Shown here: piece after piece, positions 27,096-34,945 of the stretch
Layout of the letters: the number at the start of each line of letters is the position of its first letter
Numbering within the stretch: position 1 is the stretch's first letter
Assembly: GCA_964629655.1 (NCBI GenBank)
Contig: CAZVQU010000002.1
Span: forward strand, 443 to 64,442
DNA from: an uncultured Planctomycetia bacterium
Lineage (GTDB): Bacteria; Omnitrophota; Gorgyraeia; Duberdicusellales; 4484-171
Reading direction: 5' to 3'
DNA length: 64,000 nucleotides
Translations under genes and position numbers: made by a program
Notes under the pieces: generated by a model
Told to the model about the DNA's origin: nothing
The model's database searches: none
The model's input: only the letters and a program-made list of their open reading frames with translations

Positions 27096-28019
27096 ATGAA
27101 AAAATTAAAGAGCGAGTTAACCTGGTCGTTTTCTCGGGACCGTTTATTTAATGAGTGCCGGAGGGCATATTTTTACCACTACTATGCCTCTTGGGGTGGA
27201 TGGGAAGCCCAGGCAAATACGTTTTGCCGCAAGGCTTATATTCTAAAAAATGTACGCAGCATTGATGCTTGGATAGGTGATATCGTCCATCAGGTTATTA
27301 AGTGGATTTTGGAAAGTAGAGTCGGGGACAGTACAACTCTTTTTAAAGAGGGCCGAGATATCTCCCATGACCAAGCAGTAAAGACGGCAAAAAATCTCTT
27401 AACCAAGACATGGGAACAATCTCGTGGCAAGAAGTGGGAGGAAAATGTTAAACAAAATCTTAATTTATTTGAGCATTATTATGGTCATGAGCCCAATCGG
27501 GAGCAGTTAAAGATAAAGTTAGAAAAGGTAGCTAATAGTATCAGGAATTTCTATAAATCAGGATTAGCTGAGAAGTTTTCGAAATTATCAGTCGAGAATT
27601 TTCTAAGCATTGATAATTTAGATAGTTTTGATTTTGAAGGGACAAGAGCATTTGCAATTCCTGATTTTGCGATACGCGAGGATAATAATTATTTGCTTTA
27701 CGACTGGAAGACCGGTAAAAGAAATGAAAAAGACACCTTACAACTCTCCTGCTACTCACTTTACGCTATCAAGAAATGGCAAGTATCTGAAAAACAAATC
27801 AAAATAATTCCGGCATATCTGGCCCAGGATGAATTTTTGCCTTCATCAGTCGAAGCGATAGCCCCGGAGCAAATAAAAGACTACATTCGTAAGAGTATAG
27901 AGAGAATGAGGAATATTTTGGTGGATGTTAAGAGTAACAAGGCTGATGTTAACAATTGTCCCAAGACCGAGGATGCAAGGCATTGCCAGAGGTGTAAATT
28001 CCAAGAAATCTGCTCTTGA
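27096..28019 (+). CDS. PD-(D/E)xK nuclease, Cas4/RecB-like with Fe-S cysteine cluster
   Basis: N-terminal Cys (NECRRAY), IPDF...YDWKTGK (D..ExK), QLSCY (QxxxY), C-terminal CPKTEDARHCQRCKFQEIC. Confidence 0.55.
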   Translation: MKKLKSELTWSFSRDRLFNECRRAYFYHYYASWGGWEAQANTFCRKAYILKNVRSIDAWIGDIVHQVIKWILESRVGDSTTLFKEGRDISHDQAVKTAKNLLTKTWEQSRGKKWEENVKQNLNLFEHYYGHEPNREQLKIKLEKVANSIRNFYKSGLAEKFSKLSVENFLSIDNLDSFDFEGTRAFAIPDFAIREDNNYLLYDWKTGKRNEKDTLQLSCYSLYAIKKWQVSEKQIKIIPAYLAQDEFLPSSVEAIAPEQIKDYIRKSIERMRNILVDVKSNKADVNNCPKTEDARHCQRCKFQEICS

Positions 28020-28034
28020 AAAGTCGACAATAAT

Positions 28035-28108
28035 GCGCCTGTAGCTCAATTGGATAGAGCATCTGGCTTCGGACCAGAGGGTTGCGGGTTCGAGTCCTGC
28101 CAGGCGCA
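28035..28108 (+). tRNA. tRNA-Arg(TCG)
   Basis: acceptor GCGCCTG/CAGGCGC, anticodon loop CTTCGGA, no encoded CCA. Confidence 0.85.
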
Positions 28109-28310
28109 AATTATCCCTGTAGATAATTTCTCCTGATTTTTTCATGGACGTCAACCCCCACCCAGCCAGTCTGCATTAATTTTCTTGCCAAAATGCTTAT
28201 GTAGGGTATCATTATATTCATAATCACAAAGGTCTAGACATGAAAGAAACAGGTTAAAATTATAGGGCAACTCTCATAACGGGGGTTGCTTTTTTGTCAA
28301 AGGAGGGTGC

Positions 28311-28691
28311 ATGAAGAAAGAAGTAGTAATATCTTGCATAATCATTCTATTTTTAGTAGCTTTTATGTTTTCACCAAATAGTAGTAGTGTATTGGTAAGA
28401 AAAACTAAGGGAAACATTGCAAGAATAGTATTTTTTACGTCTTTATTTTGTCATCGGTGTGGTATACCTTGGCATATGACAGAAAAACACTCTACTATTT
28501 ATTCTGAAGATAGAAGTTGTTTTGCTCTCTGTGAGCAATGCTGGGGTGAATTAACTCCCAAACAAAGATTATCTCATTATCGTGAACTTTGGCAAAGTGG
28601 GGATTATGGCAATAAAGGTGATAAACCAACCTTGAAAGAACACCTTGCTAATTGGGAAGACATAAAAAGTGCTGTATTAAAAGGACTCTAA
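28311..28691 (+). CDS. hypothetical Cys-rich protein (island remnant)
   Basis: ORF with CHRCG...CEQCW pairs, N-terminal hydrophobic segment; start uncertain. Confidence 0.35.
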   Translation: MKKEVVISCIIILFLVAFMFSPNSSSVLVRKTKGNIARIVFFTSLFCHRCGIPWHMTEKHSTIYSEDRSCFALCEQCWGELTPKQRLSHYRELWQSGDYGNKGDKPTLKEHLANWEDIKSAVLKGL

Positions 28692-28791
28692 CCCCAATGG
28701 CGTGGGTAGACACTGAGGTGTGTAGAGATGAGAATATTTTTAGCTCCTCGTTCCAACGAAACTTCTTACAAAAACTTCCTAAGCACTATAA

Positions 28792-28915
28792 AAATGGCGT
28801 AGATTTAAATACCGTTAAGGAGCTGCTGGGGCATAAGAATATAGAAATGACTATGTGATATAGCCACCTCAGTCAAGACCACAAAGCCCGTGCAGTAGAG
28901 GTTTTAGGACAACGA
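28792..28915 (+). pseudogene. C-terminal remnant of a tyrosine integrase with in-frame TGA
   Basis: GVDLNTVKELLGHKNIEMTM-TGA-YSHLSQDHKARAVEVLGQ: conserved LLGH...MTMRYSHL box with the Arg codon replaced by a stop; nothing integrase-like upstream. Confidence 0.55.
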
Positions 28916-29008
28916 ATGGGCACTATATGGACATCAGTTGCCAAAGAAGAAAATGATGATATACTGTATTTTCCTAAACACATTGAAAACAAAAGATACT
29001 TAACTAAT

Positions 29009-29082
29009 GCGCCCGTGGCTCAATTGGATAGAGCATTTGGCTACGGACCAGAAGGCTGCAGGTTCGAATCCTGCCGGGCGCA
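29009..29082 (+). tRNA. tRNA-Arg(ACG)
   Basis: acceptor GCGCCCG/CGGGCGC, anticodon loop CTACGGA, no encoded CCA. Confidence 0.85.
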
Positions 29083-29126
29083 CGGTTTTCATATAGCATA
29101 TAGTATCTTGTGTAAGGAGGGAGCAA

Positions 29127-29600
29127 ATGAAAGTAGTTGTTATTTATTATTCGCGGAGCGGCACAACTAAGAAGATGGCCGAGATAATTGCTGATGAAGT
29201 AAAGAATAACGGATGTAGCGTTGAGCTTAAGTCGGTATCAAAGATAAAGGCTGAAGAGCTTTTAAGGTATGACGGTATAATAGTCGGTTCCCCTACTTAT
29301 TACGGAACTTTAGCTGCTCAAATAAAAGAGCTTTTTGATGAAAGTGTAACCTTTCATGGTCAGCTTGACGGAAAAGTCGGTGCCGCATTTTCTTCAGCGG
29401 CAAACATTGCCGGCGGAAATGAAACTACAATTTTAAGCATTCTAGAGGCAATGTTAATCCATGGAATGATTATCCAGGGTGACTTTAAGGGCGATCATTA
29501 TGGTCCGGTGGCAATCGGTAAAGTTGATAAGCGATCCGAAGATAATTGTCGGCGCTTCACCCAGCGATTCTGCAAACTCCTTAAGAGAATAGGTAGCTAA
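29127..29600 (+). CDS. flavodoxin-like (WrbA-type) FMN protein
   Basis: VVIYYSRSGTTKKMAE and GSPTYYG flavodoxin-fold motifs. Confidence 0.7.
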   Translation: MKVVVIYYSRSGTTKKMAEIIADEVKNNGCSVELKSVSKIKAEELLRYDGIIVGSPTYYGTLAAQIKELFDESVTFHGQLDGKVGAAFSSAANIAGGNETTILSILEAMLIHGMIIQGDFKGDHYGPVAIGKVDKRSEDNCRRFTQRFCKLLKRIGS

Positions 29601-29601
29601 T

Positions 29602-29913
29602 ATGACAATGGTTATTTTTGTTACTATTCCCCGGGCAAAAGCAAAATCTTTTGCTAGAATGCTCTTAAAAGAACGAAGCTGCGCCTGTGTCAATATCTTA
29701 CAGGGTGTAGAGTCGCTTTTTTGGTGGCAAGGTAAGATTGATAGCGAAAAGGAAGCTCTTTTAATCATTAAAACAAAACAATCCGCGTACTATAAATTGA
29801 AAAAAGTTATTAAGAATAATCATCCTTACAGTGTTCCGGAAATAATCGCCTTTAAGGTGGATAAAATCGACAGCGAATACCAGAAGTGGCTAAAAAAAGA
29901 AGTAAATGATTAA
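29602..29913 (+). CDS. cutA: divalent-cation tolerance protein CutA
   Basis: 103 aa, CutA1 fold signature (CVNILQGVESLFWWQGKI). Confidence 0.8.
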   Translation: MTMVIFVTIPRAKAKSFARMLLKERSCACVNILQGVESLFWWQGKIDSEKEALLIIKTKQSAYYKLKKVIKNNHPYSVPEIIAFKVDKIDSEYQKWLKKEVND

Positions 29914-30610
29914 AGAGTGGCTTATTGATTTAGGGAACTTTTTTACTCCCTCTACCTTTTTAGGGCTTGGGGCAAGTTTCTTTGCTGGGATATTGGCAAG
30001 CTTTTCTCCCTGCATATTACCCTTGATTCCAATTACCTTAGGTATTGTTGGTGCTGTGTCTGCTTCAACCCGGCTTCGAGGATTCCTTATAAGTCTTAGT
30101 TTTGTCTTGGGCCTGTCAGTAGTTTATACAATTTTGGGAATAGTTTCTTCTTTCTTTGGTATATTGTTGGGTGCGCTCTTAGTTAATCCGATAACTTATA
30201 TTGTTTTAGCAATTATCTTTTTTCTTCTCAGCGCTGTTTCTTTAGGGTTGATTAGAATAAATCTTCCGCTCTCATTAGGCAGCACCCATAAAGCAAAGGG
30301 AAGCCTCATATCAGTCTTTATATTAGGAATGGTTAGCGCGTTTGCTCTTATCCCTTGCAATTTTCCAGTTTTAGGTGCAATTTTGAGTTTAATCTCGGTA
30401 AAGCAGAGTGTTGCTTATGGTGCCTTAGCGCTTTTTCTTTTTTCACTTGGCCAAGGTGCGCCGTTGATTGTATTAGGTACCTTTACCGGATTAATTCAGA
30501 AGTTGCCAAAGCAGGGTTTATGGTTTATAATTATAAAAAAGAGTTTGAGTGTAGTATTAGCTTTAGTAGGAGTGTACTTTATCGTAAGATTTATACAGGT
30601 GTTAGGATGA
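29906..30610 (+). CDS. ccdA: cytochrome c-type biogenesis / thiol-disulfide transporter CcdA (DsbD core)
   Basis: six TM helices, SPCILPLIP and second Cys helix. Confidence 0.8.
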   Translation: MIKEWLIDLGNFFTPSTFLGLGASFFAGILASFSPCILPLIPITLGIVGAVSASTRLRGFLISLSFVLGLSVVYTILGIVSSFFGILLGALLVNPITYIVLAIIFFLLSAVSLGLIRINLPLSLGSTHKAKGSLISVFILGMVSAFALIPCNFPVLGAILSLISVKQSVAYGALALFLFSLGQGAPLIVLGTFTGLIQKLPKQGLWFIIIKKSLSVVLALVGVYFIVRFIQVLG

Positions 30611-31059
30611 AAAGAATTATTTTATCGTTACTGCTTTTCTGTTTTTTTACCCCTAGTTTTGCCGCTGAACGAAGATTTCCGACATTGGATGGGAAAAGCA
30701 TATCTTATGATAAATTAATCTCTGAGGAAAATACTATCCTGTTTACTTGGGCTACCTGGTGTCCGAGTTGCCGACGCGAGCTTGAACGGCTTTCAAGAGA
30801 ACGCGTATTTTTTGAAGGCATTAACGTTTGGTATGTAGACATCGGAGAAGAGACGTCAGTTGTAGAGAGATACGTTACGGCAAAAAGTTTAAACGATAAC
30901 ATAAGGAGCAGAATTGTTTTGGACAGGGAAGGTTACGTCGCCCAAAAATTCTCAGTTACTGGCATACCGACTTATCTTTTTTTCAAAGACGGCAAGAGAG
31001 TCTTTAAATCCTACTATTTCGATGACGAAGTCCTAGAAAAGGTTTTTGGTAAAGAGTAA
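30607..31059 (+). CDS. TlpA/ResA-like thioredoxin-fold thiol-disulfide oxidoreductase
   Basis: signal peptide then WATWCPSCRRE (CxxC); start at MKRIIL (30607) preferred over the track start at 30355, which would overlap ccdA. Confidence 0.75.
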   Translation: MKRIILSLLLFCFFTPSFAAERRFPTLDGKSISYDKLISEENTILFTWATWCPSCRRELERLSRERVFFEGINVWYVDIGEETSVVERYVTAKSLNDNIRSRIVLDREGYVAQKFSVTGIPTYLFFKDGKRVFKSYYFDDEVLEKVFGKE

Positions 31060-31077
31060 GAATTCTGGCAGTCTAGA

Positions 31078-32235
31078 TTATTGCGGAATAAGAGCTCTTT
31101 TGGCTATGTTATTGGAGGTATCGGATTCCCAAGCTTTAGAGTTAGAGTTAACCGTAACCGTAAACTCACTTTTTTCAACGCGAGCTACCCTATACCTTAA
31201 GGTTTTGAGGTAAGTTTGACCCCCACTTAGCTTAGGCACTCTAAACATTTTTGTCTTGCCATTAGGAAAAATTACTTTTGTTTTTGAAGAACTGGCAGAT
31301 AGCTGTCCTGTATTCTTTACTACCACAACTAGAGTTATTTTATCGCCAGCTTTTATTGTGTCGGTGGAGGGTACTCCGATTGACACAACTTGAAAATCAG
31401 GCAGCTTAGGATTTATGGGTGTAGGTATCGAAGCTAATTTATTAAATACACTAGCAGCGAAATCTTTATCAAAAATAATTTGCTCTTGAACTAACTTTAT
31501 AATTTGCAAAATTATATTACGTCCCCAACTACTTTGACTATACCTTAGTCGGTAAACTATATCATCTTCAAGTGCATTGTACGATTCCTTCAGAAAATAA
31601 ATTTTCTCAGGAAGAAGACGTTTTAATTCCCCGAGCTCATGTTTTTTGGCAGTTTCAGCAAGACCTTCGTATATCGTGATTATCTGCTCAAGGATTTCTG
31701 TAGGAGAATTTTCAAGAGCGTTTGAGCAAAGGGTGTAATAACGATAAATCCCATCTGTCGGTAAGTTTTCAGTAAAGTCATCCTTAAAGGAAGTCTTTAG
31801 TCTTTCGATGTCGGCATACCTCATGAGCAGTCGCCTGAAACTAGACTTGAGATCGCTATCCTTGCCGAGATCCTTTTCCATGAAACGCTTAAAATTTCGA
31901 CAGGATTTTTTAGGGCCCGTTAAATCCGGTATTATCTTTTTTGTTTTTACTTGGAGAGTATTTACAAATTTAGAATAATCAAATTCGTTCATAGAGGAGA
32001 GAGACTTAAGCATTTTTAAAGTGTGACCAGTAATCTCACTTAAGTATTGAAAATTCAACCCAAGTTGGTCAAGAAATAGTTTGTTGTCAGAATTTATCTG
32101 ATTCTCAAGAAATTTTTTCCTTTCCCTGTTTACTTTTTTAGGTAGGGGATTCTGAGCGAAAAGAAGGTAATTAAAAGAAAAGACCGCAATTAGTGTGAGT
32201 AAAGTGGTAAGAGCACTATAAGACCTCATTCTCAT
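31078..32235 (-). CDS. secreted protein with C-terminal CARDB-like domain
   Basis: signal peptide; C-terminus GDKITLVVVVKNTG...ESDTSNN resembles a CARDB beta-sandwich. Confidence 0.5.
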   Translation of the reverse strand: MRMRSYSALTTLLTLIAVFSFNYLLFAQNPLPKKVNRERKKFLENQINSDNKLFLDQLGLNFQYLSEITGHTLKMLKSLSSMNEFDYSKFVNTLQVKTKKIIPDLTGPKKSCRNFKRFMEKDLGKDSDLKSSFRRLLMRYADIERLKTSFKDDFTENLPTDGIYRYYTLCSNALENSPTEILEQIITIYEGLAETAKKHELGELKRLLPEKIYFLKESYNALEDDIVYRLRYSQSSWGRNIILQIIKLVQEQIIFDKDFAASVFNKLASIPTPINPKLPDFQVVSIGVPSTDTIKAGDKITLVVVVKNTGQLSASSSKTKVIFPNGKTKMFRVPKLSGGQTYLKTLRYRVARVEKSEFTVTVNSNSKAWESDTSNNIAKRALIPQ

Positions 32236-32366
32236 TTTTATCCTCCTTACTTTGTTTGCATTATACCAGAATTCGGTTACGTTGCCTACCGATAATTTTA
32301 AGGAGCGGTTCTCACTTACGTTTTCGTTGACACTAGGTCTCTTTTATGATAGTTTAATCAACGCTT

Positions 32367-33185
32367 ATGAGTAAAAAAATTAGGGTTGGTATTGTTGGGT
32401 TTGGCAATATGGGTAGCTCTTGCGTAGCAGCTCTTAGTAAGGGAAGCCAATACGAAGTCTTCATTTACGACATTGACCAGAAGAAGAGACGAACATCCAA
32501 AAATTTTTCGGTCAAAAAGGACATTACTCAATTAATTGCATCAGCTGAGATAGTTATTCTAGCCATTAAACCTCAAGATGTAGGTAATTTCATAATCCAA
32601 AGCAAGAAAAGTTTGCTGAAGAAGAAACCGCTCTTAATAAGTGTCGCTGCGGGTATCTCTACATCTTGGTTCAAAGATCATCTAAAAGGCATGCGGGTGG
32701 TAAGAGTCATGCCGAATCTAGCTGCAAAAGTGGGAGAATCCCTGTCTTTTGTTTCAAAAGGGAAAAATGCTAAGAAATCTGACCTTGCAAAAGCAAAGAT
32801 GATTTTTTCATGCATTGGGGAGGTTATTGTGGTAGACGAAAAATATTTAAACAGAGCTACTGGAGTTAGCGGTAGCGGTCCGGGGTATGTCTTTTACTTT
32901 ATGGAATCAATGTATCAAGGGGCCCTAAAATTAGGTTTTACCAGGAAAGAAGCCAGGAGAACGATAATCCAAACCTTTTTGGGTGCAGCTAAGCTGGCAA
33001 AGGTTTCCGGAGAAGAATTCAAGAATCTAATTAAGAAAGTTGCGTCCAAGAAAGGAACGACCGAAGCAGCCCTAGAGGTTTTTAAAGCTGGGAAGATGGA
33101 TAAGACAGTCATTAAGGGCATGAGTAGCGCTTGTAGAAGAGCCGAGGAAATTTCATCTAAACTCATTAAAAGGGAGAAAAAATAA
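32367..33185 (+). CDS. proC: pyrroline-5-carboxylate reductase
   Basis: GIVGFGNMGSS NADP-binding start and ProC C-terminal dimerisation region. Confidence 0.85.
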   Translation: MSKKIRVGIVGFGNMGSSCVAALSKGSQYEVFIYDIDQKKRRTSKNFSVKKDITQLIASAEIVILAIKPQDVGNFIIQSKKSLLKKKPLLISVAAGISTSWFKDHLKGMRVVRVMPNLAAKVGESLSFVSKGKNAKKSDLAKAKMIFSCIGEVIVVDEKYLNRATGVSGSGPGYVFYFMESMYQGALKLGFTRKEARRTIIQTFLGAAKLAKVSGEEFKNLIKKVASKKGTTEAALEVFKAGKMDKTVIKGMSSACRRAEEISSKLIKREKK

Positions 33186-33187
33186 TT

Positions 33188-34048
33188 ATGGGAAAGATAG
33201 GCGTAATTGGTGGAAGTGGTCTTTATGAGTTAGAAGGTCTGGAGAGGATAGAGGAGGTCTCTTTGGATACTCCTTATGGTGCACCTTCAGATAAATTTCT
33301 TGTTAGTGAGCTAGATGGTAAGGAAGTAGTTTTTCTTCCGCGTCACGGAAGACACCACCAAATCAACCCTTCCCGTATAAATTATCGGGCCAATATTTAT
33401 GGGATGAAAAAACTAGGCGTTGAACGAATAATCTCTATTACGGCTTGTGGTTCTTTAAAAGAAGAATATAAACCTTTAGACTTTCTAATCCCGACACAAT
33501 TCGTAGATCGAACCAATCAAGCCCGCAGATATACTTTTTTTGATGAAGGCATTACTGCTCATATTGGCTTTGCTCATCCAGTTTGTGAGAATTTAGCAGG
33601 AATCCTAAAACAAGCTACCGAAAATAGTAAAATAGCTACTCATTATGGCGGAACCTATATAAATATGGAAGGTCCGCAATTTTCCACCTTGGCTGAATCA
33701 AACCTTTACCGAAGCTGGGGGATGGATATCATCGGAATGACTAACATGGCTGAAGCACGTCTAGCTCGTGAAGCCGAGATCTGTTACGTGAGCTTAGCAG
33801 CAGTTACTGATTATGATTGTTGGCACCAAAGCCACGAGAGCGTAACTTTAGATGAGATATTATCTAACCTCAAGAAGAATGTCGCTAATTCAAAGACGCT
33901 GCTGAAGGAATTTGTATCTCTTGTTAATAATAACGAAAGCTGTGGTTGCCATGAAGCTCTAAAGAATGCGATACTTACCAGAGAAGAATTTATTCCCCAA
34001 GAAACCAAAAAGAAGTTAGATATTATAATCAATAAGTATATAAAATGA
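33188..34048 (+). CDS. mtnP: S-methyl-5'-thioadenosine phosphorylase
   Basis: GVIGGSGLYEL, FLPRHGRHH, ITACGSL motifs of the MTAP / PNP-2 family. Confidence 0.8.
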   Translation: MGKIGVIGGSGLYELEGLERIEEVSLDTPYGAPSDKFLVSELDGKEVVFLPRHGRHHQINPSRINYRANIYGMKKLGVERIISITACGSLKEEYKPLDFLIPTQFVDRTNQARRYTFFDEGITAHIGFAHPVCENLAGILKQATENSKIATHYGGTYINMEGPQFSTLAESNLYRSWGMDIIGMTNMAEARLAREAEICYVSLAAVTDYDCWHQSHESVTLDEILSNLKKNVANSKTLLKEFVSLVNNNESCGCHEALKNAILTREEFIPQETKKKLDIIINKYIK

Positions 34049-34944
34049 GTGTTTTAGTAGTCGGTTCAGTTGCTTTGGATACGATAACAACCCCTTTTGG
34101 TAAGGCTAAGGATATCCTTGGAGGTTCAGCAACCTTTTCGGCAGTAAGTGCTAGTGTATTTACTCCGGTAAACTTGGTTGCTGTGGTTGGTCAGGACTTT
34201 CCCGAAGAGTACATAGATCTTCTTAGAGATAAGAGGGTTGACTTAACCGGTTTAAAAAAGGAAAGGGGTAAAACCTTTCGTTGGGAAGGGGAGTATAGCT
34301 GGGATTTTTCAAATCCAAAGACAATTGCTACCGATTTAAATGTTTTTGGAAAGTTTGACCCCACGATTCCTAAAGTTTACCGAAAGAATAAATTTTTGTT
34401 TTTAGCAAATATTGATCCCGAAATACAGGAAAAAGTCTTAAACCAGGTTGATAAACCCAAGATAATTGCTTGTGATACCATGAATTATTGGATTGAGCAT
34501 AAACGAAAGCAACTACTAAAACTCTTGAAGAAGGTAGACATTTGTCTTCTTAATGAGGCCGAAGCTAGGGAATTGGTCGGTGAAGTTAATCTCATGAAGG
34601 CTGGCAAGGAGATTCTAAAATTAGGGCCGCTGGTAGTAATTATAAAAAAAGGTGAACATGGAGTACTTTTATTCTCACAAAAACATATTTTTGCGACCCC
34701 AGCCTACTTGTTAGAATCTGTATATGATCCTACCGGGGCCGGAGATACTTTTGCCGGGGGTTTTATGGGTTATTTAGCAAGAGCTAAAGAGTATAACAAG
34801 AAGAGCTTAAGGAGAGCGGTTGTCTACGGTAGCATAATGGCAACCTTCGCAGTAGAAGACTTTAGTTTAAGAAAATTGCAGAAAGTAACCCTTCAGGATG
34901 TCCGCAGGCGTCTAGATAAATTTAAAAAATTTACTAACTTTTAA
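34045..34944 (+). CDS. PfkB-family carbohydrate/nucleoside kinase
   Basis: GGSATF N-terminal and DPTGAGDTFAGGF anion-hole motif. Confidence 0.75.
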   Translation: MSVLVVGSVALDTITTPFGKAKDILGGSATFSAVSASVFTPVNLVAVVGQDFPEEYIDLLRDKRVDLTGLKKERGKTFRWEGEYSWDFSNPKTIATDLNVFGKFDPTIPKVYRKNKFLFLANIDPEIQEKVLNQVDKPKIIACDTMNYWIEHKRKQLLKLLKKVDICLLNEAEARELVGEVNLMKAGKEILKLGPLVVIIKKGEHGVLLFSQKHIFATPAYLLESVYDPTGAGDTFAGGFMGYLARAKEYNKKSLRRAVVYGSIMATFAVEDFSLRKLQKVTLQDVRRRLDKFKKFTNF

Positions 34945-34945
34945 A

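Noticed and set aside
27846-28154. Track ORFs 27846-28154 (minus) and 28916-29170 (plus)
   Set aside because: Both read straight through the tRNA-Arg genes (…LEPATLWSEARCSIQLSYRR… and …LDRAFGYGPEGCRFESCRAHG… are tRNA sequence translated), so they are artefacts.
28856-28858. TGA in the integrase fragment as stop-codon recoding (code 4/25)
   Set aside because: TGA terminates clearly complete genes such as ileS in this window, so the standard code applies.
30355-30606. Upstream extension of the TlpA-like gene to the start at 30355
   Set aside because: It would overlap 250 bp of ccdA in another frame and encodes a Cys/Phe-rich nonsense N-terminus. MKRIIL at 30607 has a signal peptide and the ATGA overlap with ccdA.
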